A program made the translations under genes and the position numbers. Below, one piece after another: positions 9,674 through 17,616 of a stretch of 64,000 nucleotides of DNA. Under the pieces are notes generated by a model. The model made no database searches and was not told the DNA's origin. It saw nothing but the letters and a program-made list of their open reading frames with translations. Numbering within the stretch: the stretch's first letter is position 1; each line of letters begins with the position of its first letter. The DNA is from Polyangiaceae bacterium (GTDB lineage: Bacteria; Myxococcota_A; Polyangia; Polyangiales; Polyangiaceae). The stretch covers positions 1 through 64,000 of the forward strand of contig JAPSGB010000009.1 of assembly GCA_035063585.1 (NCBI GenBank), read 5' to 3'.

Positions 9674-10164
9674 TCGCGGGTGGCGGCGGAGCTGCCGCGA
9701 AACACCGCCCACAGGGAGCACCCCACCAGCGCCGCGAGGCTCGCCTGCAGCGCGAGGAAGCCCGTGATCTTGAGCCACGCGAAGGCGGGGTCGACGAAGC
9801 GCACGCCCCAGCCGGCGCCCTCGTCGAGGAGCGCCGCCGCGAAGGGGAGCGCGATCAGCCACGCCTTCGCCCGGCCGGCGAGCGGCACGAAGAGCATCAG
9901 GTGCGTCATCACGAGCAGCAGCATGCCCATCGCGAACAGGTGGAAGTGCGAGATCTCGAGCAGGCCCTGGAAGGAGCGCGGCTGGAGGAAGGCCTCCTCG
10001 GAGCCCAGGTAGTAGTGCACCACCGACGTCGGGGCGAGCGACATCTTCTGGAAGTAGAGCAGCGCGTTCGTGACCCAGAGCAGCGCCACGTAGAGGCAGT
10101 AGAGCACGACGATGGTCTGGAGCAGCCGGTTGCGGCTCCACTCGCCGGTGATCACGAATCGCAT
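9670..10164 (-). CDS. Four-TM membrane protein with HxH...H motif
   Basis: Four hydrophobic segments; SHFHLFAMGMLLLVMTH; adjoins apbE. Confidence 0.8.
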   Translation of the reverse strand: MRFVITGEWSRNRLLQTIVVLYCLYVALLWVTNALLYFQKMSLAPTSVVHYYLGSEEAFLQPRSFQGLLEISHFHLFAMGMLLLVMTHLMLFVPLAGRAKAWLIALPFAAALLDEGAGWGVRFVDPAFAWLKITGFLALQASLAALVGCSLWAVFRGSSAATRD

Positions 10165-10275
10165 GGACTCCACCCGCCCTTCGGCTCGCTGCGCGGGCAG
10201 CGACCGCCCGCGCAGGCCGTGGCGCAGCCTCGCGCTTCGCCGCGACCGGGTCAACGCGCCCCGGGAGGCTCCGCG

Positions 10276-10833
10276 TCAGCCGCCCTGGCGGACCAGGACC
10301 TGGTAGAGGCCGAGGGAGCGGCGCACCCCGCCCGTGACGGCCTGCGAGGAGAGCGTCGAGCCGGCGATGCCGTGCACGTCGCGCTGCAGGCGCAGGGGGG
10401 CCTCGGCGGTCTTGCCCTCGAACTGGTGGAGCCAGCGCTCCGGCGGCCGGTACTCGGGCGGCTCGTAGAAGGCCAGCACGCGCAGCCGCCGCACGCTGCC
10501 GTCGGGCGCGAGGACGACCAGGAAGGCCTCGGGCAGCGTGCGCACGGTGTGCTGGTCGATGAAGGCGTAGCCCTGGACGGCACCGTCCTTGGTCGCCGTG
10601 AACAGGCGCACGAGCTTCGAATCGAGCTTCGCGCGCGCCAGCTCCTCGACGCGGCGCACCTGGTCGTCGGTCAGCACGAAGCTCTGGGCATCGACGGTGT
10701 CCGCGTCGGGGAAGGCCCAGGCGAGGGCCTCCTGCTGGCTCATCAGCACCTCGGCCGCCACCGGCGCCGCGCTGGCCCACGCCAGCGCGCACGCCGCCGC
10801 AGCCGCCGCCCTAGAACGCCACACCGAAGCCAA
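10276..10833 (-). CDS. Exported FMN-binding domain protein (ApbE substrate)
   Basis: Signal peptide; FYEPPEY.P..RWL.QFEGK; DVHGIAGSTLSS flavinylation-type motif. Confidence 0.85.
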   Translation of the reverse strand: MASVWRSRAAAAAACALAWASAAPVAAEVLMSQQEALAWAFPDADTVDAQSFVLTDDQVRRVEELARAKLDSKLVRLFTATKDGAVQGYAFIDQHTVRTLPEAFLVVLAPDGSVRRLRVLAFYEPPEYRPPERWLHQFEGKTAEAPLRLQRDVHGIAGSTLSSQAVTGGVRRSLGLYQVLVRQGG

Positions 10834-12130
10834 GCTGCACCTCGTCGGCGATCTCGCCCTGGTCCGCGTGGAAGTCGCGGTAGTCGAGCTTGAAGATCAC
10901 GTTGGGATGGGGCTTGAAGCCGATCCCCGGCGTGACCAGCCGGATGTCCTTGGTCCCGTCCTGCTCGAAGCCCGAGGGCATCCCGTACTGCGTGTCGAAC
11001 CACTCGTAGCGGAGGAAGGGCGCCAGGTAGAAGCCGCTGTCCGGCGCGATCCAGGGCATCACGTCGTAGGCCGCCTCGACGTAGAAGCCGAGCCAGTCCT
11101 CGGCGATCGCCTGGCTGCCCGAGAGCTCGCCCTGGTCGCGCAGCGCGAGCGTGAGATCGCCGGCGTCGTCGATCAGGGCCTGGGCCACGAGCGCGCGCAG
11201 CTCGAGGCCCCAGCGCCGGTACTCGGCGTGCGCCTCCCACAGGGTGAGGTCCGCGTCGGGGTAACCGGCGCGCTGCTGGTCGATCCCGCCGTAGTAGACC
11301 GAGCCGCCCAGCAGGCCGCCCTCGAGCCACGGAGGCGTCCAGTCCACGCGCAGCACGCCGGCCAGGTCCTCGGCCCGCGCGCGGTTGCCGTTCGCGCGCG
11401 CGTCGCGCAGGTTCTTCGGCGTGATCCCCTTCGCGTCGAGGCCGGTCACCACGTAGCTGCGGTACTCGAGCTGCTCGCCGATCGTGCCGTACACACCGAT
11501 GCCGTTCTCGCGCCAGGTGGTCGGGATGATGCGCTGCTCGACCTCGGGCCGCGACACGCCGTGGAAGAAGGGCGGCTCGTGCACCTCGTTGACGAAGCCC
11601 ATCGGCACCAGCACGAGGCCCGTGCGCAGGTTCGCCCAGTCCCGGAACATCCAGTCGAGCGCGGCGAACTCGACCGCCACCTCGCCGGCCTGGCCGTCCA
11701 GGTTCTCGTCGGTCTTGGCGTGCTCGAACTCGATCTCGGAGTTGAAGACCAGCTTGTCGGTGAACTTGTACCCGACGTAGAGCACCGCGCGCAGCATGTC
11801 GGCGCGGTCGACGTCGCTCGTGGAGTCGTCCTTCGCGTAGTGGCGATAGAAGCCCTCGGCGTAGCCGCCGAGCGAGATGCCACGCGCGATCCCGTACACC
11901 TTCGAGGCGGCCGGGCCCAGGCCCTGGTAGCCCTCGAGCGGGCGCTCCTCGGGCACGGCCTGCTCGCTGCGCATCTTGGCCAGCTCCTCGGTCAACACCT
12001 CGACCTTCCGCTCGAGCTCGTCGATCCGGTCCTGGCGCGCCAGCGCCTCGTCGTCGCCCGCTGCCGCCGCCGTCACGGCCAGCGCCAGCGACGTCACCAG
12101 GGCCCCGGTCGCGCCCTTCCATCCCCGCAT
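10811..12130 (-). CDS. Outer-membrane beta-barrel/porin with N-terminal coiled coil
   Basis: Signal peptide, RIDELERKVE coil, LYVGYKF..FNSEIEFEHA, VPMGFVNE.HEP..F.GV.RP, C-terminal Phe. Confidence 0.8.
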   Translation of the reverse strand: MRGWKGATGALVTSLALAVTAAAAGDDEALARQDRIDELERKVEVLTEELAKMRSEQAVPEERPLEGYQGLGPAASKVYGIARGISLGGYAEGFYRHYAKDDSTSDVDRADMLRAVLYVGYKFTDKLVFNSEIEFEHAKTDENLDGQAGEVAVEFAALDWMFRDWANLRTGLVLVPMGFVNEVHEPPFFHGVSRPEVEQRIIPTTWRENGIGVYGTIGEQLEYRSYVVTGLDAKGITPKNLRDARANGNRARAEDLAGVLRVDWTPPWLEGGLLGGSVYYGGIDQQRAGYPDADLTLWEAHAEYRRWGLELRALVAQALIDDAGDLTLALRDQGELSGSQAIAEDWLGFYVEAAYDVMPWIAPDSGFYLAPFLRYEWFDTQYGMPSGFEQDGTKDIRLVTPGIGFKPHPNVIFKLDYRDFHADQGEIADEVQLGFGVAF

Positions 12131-12393
12131 GCCGCCCCTCCGCCTCGACCTCGTCGAGATGTGGCGGGCTCGGGGTTCGCGACCTCTGGCCTCTGGTTGT
12201 GATGCCGGACCGGGGAGGGAGCGGCGACGCGGGCATCCACGAGCGGGATCACCTGGGTCCGCTTGCAGCGCCGGCACTTGATCTCGACGCCGCCCGGGAC
12301 GAGGCGCGCGAGCTGGCTGCCGCAATGGCAGCGGCAGGAGCCGAGCTCGGCTCCCCCGTCCGATCGCGCCCCGTCCACGGCATCGACGCGCAT
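12094..12393 (-). CDS. Small Zn-ribbon protein, Mu Com-like
   Basis: RCHCGSQLARL..GGVEIKCRRCKR (two Cys pairs, EIKCxRCK); lies between Fur box and porin. Confidence 0.7.
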   Translation of the reverse strand: MRVDAVDGARSDGGAELGSCRCHCGSQLARLVPGGVEIKCRRCKRTQVIPLVDARVAAPSPVRHHNQRPEVANPEPATSRRGRGGGAACGDGRARPGPW

Positions 12394-12462
12394 CGCCGGA
12401 GCCGTCCCTCCCTGGGTGCCCGGGCGCAGCAGGCCCGGGCTCTCCAAGCCTCGAAGCAAGAC

Positions 12463-12479
12463 TTGAAAACGATTTTCAA
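12463..12479. promoter_or_regulatory. Fur-type operator
   Basis: Perfect palindrome TTGAAAA-CGA-TTTTCAA in GC-rich context, resembling deltaproteobacterial Fur boxes. Confidence 0.75.
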
Positions 12480-12584
12480 TTTCCGCGCGCACTCTACCCA
12501 GTCGGTGCGAGCCCCGTCAAGGACCGCTCCCGCGGAGGCAGGGGAACCGCTCGCCGGCCCTCCCGCTTCGGGCCCTCCTCGGCT

Positions 12585-13370
12585 TCAGTCCTCCTCGAGC
12601 CGGAAGCGCATCGGCACCTCGATCGAGAGGGCGCCCGACGGCGGGGCCGGGAGGCGCCCCACCCGCTCGATCGCGTCGATCGCGCTGCGCGCGAAGAGCT
12701 GCGGCGCGGCGCCCTCGGCATGCGCGTCCTCGACCCGTCCGTCGGCGCCGATCCGGAGCCGCAGCAGGACCTCGCCCTCGAGCCCGCGCCGGCGGGCGAG
12801 CGCCGGGTAGCGCTGCTCCCGCGCGAGCAGGGCACGCACGTGCGCTACGTAGGCGGCAAGCTCGTTGCCACCGCCCGGGCCGCGGCCGCCCGCTCCGCCC
12901 GGCGGTGCGCTCGAGACCGCGGCCACGCCGCGGCCGGCCTGCGCCTCGGCAGGCGCGCCGTCCATCGCCTCCGCGGGCGCGGCGTCCATCGCCTCTTCCG
13001 GGACGGACGCGACCGGGTCCGGTGTCGGCACGGGCGCGACGGCCGCACGGGCGACCGGCTTCCGGGCCGGGAGCTTCGGCGCCGGCGCCTTCGGGGCGGG
13101 CTTCGGCGCCGGCGGCTTCGCCACGGCCTTCGGGCGCGCGGGCGGAAGCGGGCGCGGCGCCGGCTGCGAAGCCGCGACCGCCGGCGCCTTCGGCCCCGGT
13201 GCGGCCTCCGCGACGTCCGGCAGGAGCTGCACGCGCACGATCCGCTCCGGCTCGACGCGCCCGGGCCCGGAGGCCGCCACCAGGGCGAGCAGGACCGCCG
13301 CGTGCACCGCGGTCGCGAGGAGCAGCCAGCGCCCGTGCCGCGGGGGCTCCCGCGGCGGCAGCAGGAGCGC
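12585..13370 (-). CDS. tonB: Energy transducer TonB (start uncertain)
   Basis: TM anchor with AVHA, Pro/Lys/Ala-rich spacer, C-terminal YP..ARRRGLEG.V.L...I..DG.V..F.L. Confidence 0.85.
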   Translation of the reverse strand, partial: ALLLPPREPPRHGRWLLLATAVHAAVLLALVAASGPGRVEPERIVRVQLLPDVAEAAPGPKAPAVAASQPAPRPLPPARPKAVAKPPAPKPAPKAPAPKLPARKPVARAAVAPVPTPDPVASVPEEAMDAAPAEAMDGAPAEAQAGRGVAAVSSAPPGGAGGRGPGGGNELAAYVAHVRALLAREQRYPALARRRGLEGEVLLRLRIGADGRVEDAHAEGAAPQLFARSAIDAIERVGRLPAPPSGALSIEVPMRFRLEED

Positions 13371-13372
13371 GA

Positions 13373-13579
13373 CTACTTGGTCAGGATCAAGCGGTTGTTG
13401 CGCGTCAGCCGCAGCGTGTAGAACTCGCCGTCGTGCTCGATGCGCAGCAAGCCGCGCTCGCCGAGCAACGTACGGGACGGGATCGTCTGCACGCTCGACG
13501 AGACGGAGCGCTCCTCTCCGCACGGGTCCTCCTGCATGTCGTTCCTCCGGTCGTCCTCTCGCGGGGGCCTCGCGTTCAT
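13373..13579 (-). CDS. hemP: Hemin uptake protein HemP/HmuP
   Basis: S..LLG....RIEHDGEFY.LRLTRNNRLILTK signature; GGAGG SD before ATG. Confidence 0.9.
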   Translation of the reverse strand: MNARPPREDDRRNDMQEDPCGEERSVSSSVQTIPSRTLLGERGLLRIEHDGEFYTLRLTRNNRLILTK

Positions 13580-14274
13580 CGGAGGCCTCCGCTCCTTCGC
13601 CGCCGCGCCCGCACCGCCAGCCCGAGCGCAGCGGCAGCCCCCGCGGCGCCGCGGCCGGCCTCGGGGACCGGCACCAGCTCGACGATCAGGGCGGGCTGCA
13701 AGCCCGGGTCCACCTGCGCTTCGCGCGCGTAGAAGCCCATGAGCCGCGCCGTCGGGTTGGTGAGCGCGAAGCCGTGGTTCTCCCGGATGCCTGCTGCCTG
13801 GTCGGCGACGAGGGCGCTCAGGTCGCAGAGCACCGGCCCGAGCCCGGTGATGCCCTCCACCACCGCGAGCGGCGGCCCGTAGCTCGGCCTCGCGTTCCAG
13901 CTCACCGCGTCCTCGGCCCAGGGCGTGAGCACCTCCCGGCACTCGAGGGTGCCGGGCACGTCGGAGCCCGAGCCCTGGGGCGCGCTGTCGAGCGCGTAGG
14001 TGAGGGCGAGCAGCGCGAGGCCCACCGTCTCGCCCGGCCCGACGAGGTCCGGCGGCAGGTCGAAGCGCAGGAAGGTCTCGAAGTCGTGCCCGCTCGGGTC
14101 GGTGACGCCCACCGCCCAGAGCAGCGGGTTCGCGCCGCGGAGCGTGGCGGGCATGCCCTCGTAGGGAGCGACGTCGGCGGCAACGGGCAGCTCGACGACC
14201 CGCGCGGCCGCCGGGCCCGCCGCGAGGAGCAGGGCGAACGCGACGGCGCGCCCGGCACGCGCTCCGAAGCGCAT
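13576..14274 (-). CDS. Secreted DNRLRE-like domain protein with PEP-CTERM-like tail
   Basis: Signal peptide; FLRFDL..W.EDAVSWNARP..NHGFAL..F.AREA..PALIVE; VPEAG + hydrophobic + RARRRR. Confidence 0.75.
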   Translation of the reverse strand: MRFGARAGRAVAFALLLAAGPAAARVVELPVAADVAPYEGMPATLRGANPLLWAVGVTDPSGHDFETFLRFDLPPDLVGPGETVGLALLALTYALDSAPQGSGSDVPGTLECREVLTPWAEDAVSWNARPSYGPPLAVVEGITGLGPVLCDLSALVADQAAGIRENHGFALTNPTARLMGFYAREAQVDPGLQPALIVELVPVPEAGRGAAGAAAALGLAVRARRRRSGGLR

Positions 14275-16412
14275 CAGAACCTCCCTCGCAGGCCCACGAA
14301 CCAGGTGCGGCCGCGCACGACGTAGGAATCGACGATGCGCTCGTCGGTCAGGTTGAAGAGGTCCGCGTAGAGCTCGAAGGGCGTCTCTCCGAGCGGCTGG
14401 ACCAGGCGCAGGTCGAGCGTGAAGGAGGGGTCCGACGCCTCGAGCGAGGCGAAGCTGCACGAGCCGGTGCCGGTGGTCTCGGTCAGCGCCTCGCCCCGCC
14501 AGCGCCCGAGGGCGGTCACGCGCGTGCGCGCGCGCGGGAGCTCGAAGCCGGCCAGCAGGTCGACCACGTGGTGCGGCTCGTTCGGGAGCTCCTCGAGCGG
14601 GCAGGTGGTGTCGCTCACCTCGGTCTGGAGATAGGTCCACGCCGCTCCGAGCTCGACCCCGCGGAGGGGCCGCAGCCGCACGCGGCTCTCGACGCCGCGC
14701 GTCTCCACCTCGTCGAGATTCGTCTTGACGTAGAGGGGGCTGCGCTGGGGGATCGGCGAGCGGTCGCAGATGCCGAGGCCCGGGTTGCGCTGGCAGAGCA
14801 GCTCCTGCGCGGGCGTGAGCGGCGGGCGCTCCCGGTAGCCGGTCAGGATCGTGCCGTCCCCGGCGCACAGGCCGGGGTCGCTGCACAGCACCGAGCGGAT
14901 GTGGTCGTCGAGGTGGTTGGAGAAGGCGGTGGCGGAGACGGTGAGGGCCGCCACCGGGACGGCCTCGAAGCCCACGCGCGCGGAACGCACGTGCTCGGGC
15001 ACGAGCGTGGGGCTGCCCGAGAGGAAGTAGCCGGCGTCCTGGAAGACCGGCGGCTGGTAGAGGTCGCGCAGCGACGGGGTGCGATAGCCCATGCCGAACG
15101 AGGCGCGCAGGCGCAGGAAGCGCTCCTCGTCGGGCTGCCAGGGCGTCACGAGCACGGCCACCTGCGGGAGCAGCTCGGGCGCGTAGTCGCTGTGGAGCTG
15201 CGCGCGGGCGCCGCCCTCGATCCGCAGCCAGCTCGTGAGATCGCTCTCGAGGATCGCGTAGAGGCCGCCGAAGGCCTGCCCCTCGTCGACGTCGCCGGAC
15301 GCGACGAGAGGGTCCCCGACCTCGCTCTCGAAGGGCTCGTCGCGGAGGTCGAGGCGGGGCGCGAAGGCGTCGAAGCCGACGGTCAGGCCGTGGCTCGCGG
15401 GGCCGGTCTCGAAGAGATGCTCGAGCGCCAGGCGCCCCGAGGGCTCGCGCTCGCGCAGGTCGAAGCTGCGGCCGACGTCGCTGCGCAGCTCGTTGTCGTA
15501 CCAGGTGAGGCTGGCGACGAGACGCGTCGTCTCGGCGATCGCCCACTCGCCGTGCTGCCCCACGAACCAGCGCCGCTCCTCGCGATCGCCGACGCCCGAT
15601 TCGCCCGAGAGGCCCGACTCGTCGTCGCTGCGCCAGCCGAAGCGGGTGAGGAGCCCGAGCCCCGCGAGCGGATCTACGCGCAGCTTGCCGTAGACGTCGC
15701 GCGAGACCCGCTGCGCCTGCTTGCCGACGGCCTCGGGCACGTGGTCGCCCGGGGTGTCGAAGCCGTCGATCTCGTCGTTCACGAAGCGCAGCCAGGCGCC
15801 GGCCCGCTCGTTGCCCCAGCCGGCCGAGCCCGCGCCGTAGACCCAGTTCGAGCCGCCGTAGCCGCCTTCGAAGCGGCCGTGCAGGCCGTTGCGCGGCGGA
15901 TCCGGGGTGTCGATGCGCACCACCCCACCCGCGGCGTCGGATCCGTAGCGGAGCGACTGGGCGCCCCGCAGCACCGCCATCCGCTCGGCGTCGAAGAGCG
16001 GGAGCGTGTGGAAGTCGTCGACCGCGCCGATCTCGCCGGTGTAGCGCTCGCCGTCCACGAGCCCGCGCGTGAACTCGGGGGGCAGGCCCTCGATCGAGAC
16101 CGCCGCCTCCTCGCCCTGGATGCGCTGCTGCTGGCGTACGCCCGGAAGTGTTCGCAGGAGGTCGGCCGCGCTGGTGCCCGGGCGCCGCTCCACCTCCGCG
16201 CGCGGGAGCACCTCCCGCTCGACCGGGGTGTCGGTGAAGACCTCGGTGGGCGGCGGCACGTCCGGGTCCTCCTCGACCAGGATCTCGTCGGCGCGGTACA
16301 CGGTCAGGGCATCGCGAGCGGCCGGTGTGGAGTTCGACTGCGCCCTCGCCGCGGCGCCCGCGAGGACGCAGCTCCCGACCACGAGCGCTCCGGCCAGCCA
16401 CCTGCCCACCAT
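14274..16412 (-). CDS. TonB-dependent receptor, probable heme/iron substrate
   Basis: Plug motifs (LRGAQSLRYGSDAAGGVV), YRTPSLRDLY..L.PE, NLTDE..GRTW..F; operon with hemP and tonB. Confidence 0.88.
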   Translation of the reverse strand: MVGRWLAGALVVGSCVLAGAAARAQSNSTPAARDALTVYRADEILVEEDPDVPPPTEVFTDTPVEREVLPRAEVERRPGTSAADLLRTLPGVRQQQRIQGEEAAVSIEGLPPEFTRGLVDGERYTGEIGAVDDFHTLPLFDAERMAVLRGAQSLRYGSDAAGGVVRIDTPDPPRNGLHGRFEGGYGGSNWVYGAGSAGWGNERAGAWLRFVNDEIDGFDTPGDHVPEAVGKQAQRVSRDVYGKLRVDPLAGLGLLTRFGWRSDDESGLSGESGVGDREERRWFVGQHGEWAIAETTRLVASLTWYDNELRSDVGRSFDLREREPSGRLALEHLFETGPASHGLTVGFDAFAPRLDLRDEPFESEVGDPLVASGDVDEGQAFGGLYAILESDLTSWLRIEGGARAQLHSDYAPELLPQVAVLVTPWQPDEERFLRLRASFGMGYRTPSLRDLYQPPVFQDAGYFLSGSPTLVPEHVRSARVGFEAVPVAALTVSATAFSNHLDDHIRSVLCSDPGLCAGDGTILTGYRERPPLTPAQELLCQRNPGLGICDRSPIPQRSPLYVKTNLDEVETRGVESRVRLRPLRGVELGAAWTYLQTEVSDTTCPLEELPNEPHHVVDLLAGFELPRARTRVTALGRWRGEALTETTGTGSCSFASLEASDPSFTLDLRLVQPLGETPFELYADLFNLTDERIVDSYVVRGRTWFVGLRGRF

Positions 16413-16520
16413 GCTCTCCACCCGGCCAGGGGACGGGCGTTGGCGCGTCGTTCCGGACCCGTGGGCTGGCCGGTGGCTGGCGGCGAGCGAGGACCGAGCG
16501 CGAGGGGCTGTATACCAGGA

Positions 16521-16538
16521 ATGAAATTGACTTTCAAT
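16521..16538. promoter_or_regulatory. Fur-type operator in divergent promoter region
   Basis: Minus strand reads TTGAAAGTCAATTTCAT, closely matching the box at 12463. Confidence 0.65.
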
Positions 16539-16638
16539 TTCTTCTCGACTAGGGTCCGCCCGCCAGCAGGCGCCCCGCGCCAGCCAGCCCGAGCAGACCA
16601 CCGGCTCGAGGACCCGCGGGTCCCGGAGCGAGGCTCGC

Positions 16639-17616
16639 ATGGCTGGCCCCATCCCCACCGCCCGTCCGGCTCCTCGCAGCCCGTGGACCGCCCGGCGCAC
16701 CTCCGGCCTGCTCGCGATCGCCCTGGGCCTCGCCGCCACCGCCCGCCCCGCCGCCGCCGCGGAAGCGCCGGCCCGGGTCGCCACCCTGCTCCCCTTCGTG
16801 CAGGCGGCGCTCGGGCGGATCGAGGGCCCCTTCGAGGTGGTCGCGGTGGTGCGGCGCGACCTGGACACGCCCGTCGCCGGCGCGGTCGCCGACCTCGGCA
16901 ACCCCCACGCGCCGAGCTTCGAGCGCCTGGCCGAGGCGCGCCCGACGCTCGTGATCGGCGACGACGTGCTGCACGCGCCCGGGGCCGCGCAGCTCGCGAT
17001 CGGTGGCGCGCGCGTCCTGCTGCTCGACACGCGCTCGATCGAGGCGACGCTCGCCGGGCTCGAAGAGGTGGGCACGGCGGTGGGCGCAGCGGAGGCGATG
17101 CGGCGCGAGACCGCCGCCGTCCGCACGCGCCTCGCCGCCCTCACGCTTCCGGAGCCGCTCGCGACGCTCGCGGTCTTCGGCACACCAGGCTCGTTCCTGG
17201 TCTTCACCGAGCGCACCTGGCTCGGCGACCTGCTCGCGCGCCTTGCGCTCGCGAACGTGGGCGACGTGCCGGGCGGCAACGAGCGCTTCCCGGGTCTGGT
17301 GTCGCTCTCGGACGAGGTGCTGGCCGGCCTGCGGCCGGAGCTGGTGCTGCTCGTCGCCCACGGCGATCCGCGCGCGATCGAGGCTTCGTTCGTCCGCCGC
17401 ACCGCCGCGGGCGGGCCCTGGAGCGGCCTGCGCGAGCGCGCCGCGCGCGGCGTCCACGCGCTCGATCCGGACCTGTTCGCCGCCAACCCCGGGCTCGACC
17501 TCACGCGTGCCGCCGAGGAGCTGGTCGCGCTGGCGAGCGGTGCCCGAGGGCACGGCGCGACGACCGGAGGGCACAGCGCGATGACCGGAGGGCACGGCGT
17601 GGGGGCGCGCGAGTGA
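16639..17616 (+). CDS. ABC substrate-binding protein, IsdE-like heme-binding type
   Basis: LGNPHAPSFE, FGTPGSFLV.TE.TWLGDL, L.PELVLLVAHG, W..L...V..LD..LF pattern. Confidence 0.8.
   Translation: MAGPIPTARPAPRSPWTARRTSGLLAIALGLAATARPAAAAEAPARVATLLPFVQAALGRIEGPFEVVAVVRRDLDTPVAGAVADLGNPHAPSFERLAEARPTLVIGDDVLHAPGAAQLAIGGARVLLLDTRSIEATLAGLEEVGTAVGAAEAMRRETAAVRTRLAALTLPEPLATLAVFGTPGSFLVFTERTWLGDLLARLALANVGDVPGGNERFPGLVSLSDEVLAGLRPELVLLVAHGDPRAIEASFVRRTAAGGPWSGLRERAARGVHALDPDLFAANPGLDLTRAAEELVALASGARGHGATTGGHSAMTGGHGVGARE

Noticed and set aside
12094..12393. Com-like gene as evidence of a Mu-like prophage
   Set aside because: No mom, transposase or structural phage genes nearby; context is iron uptake
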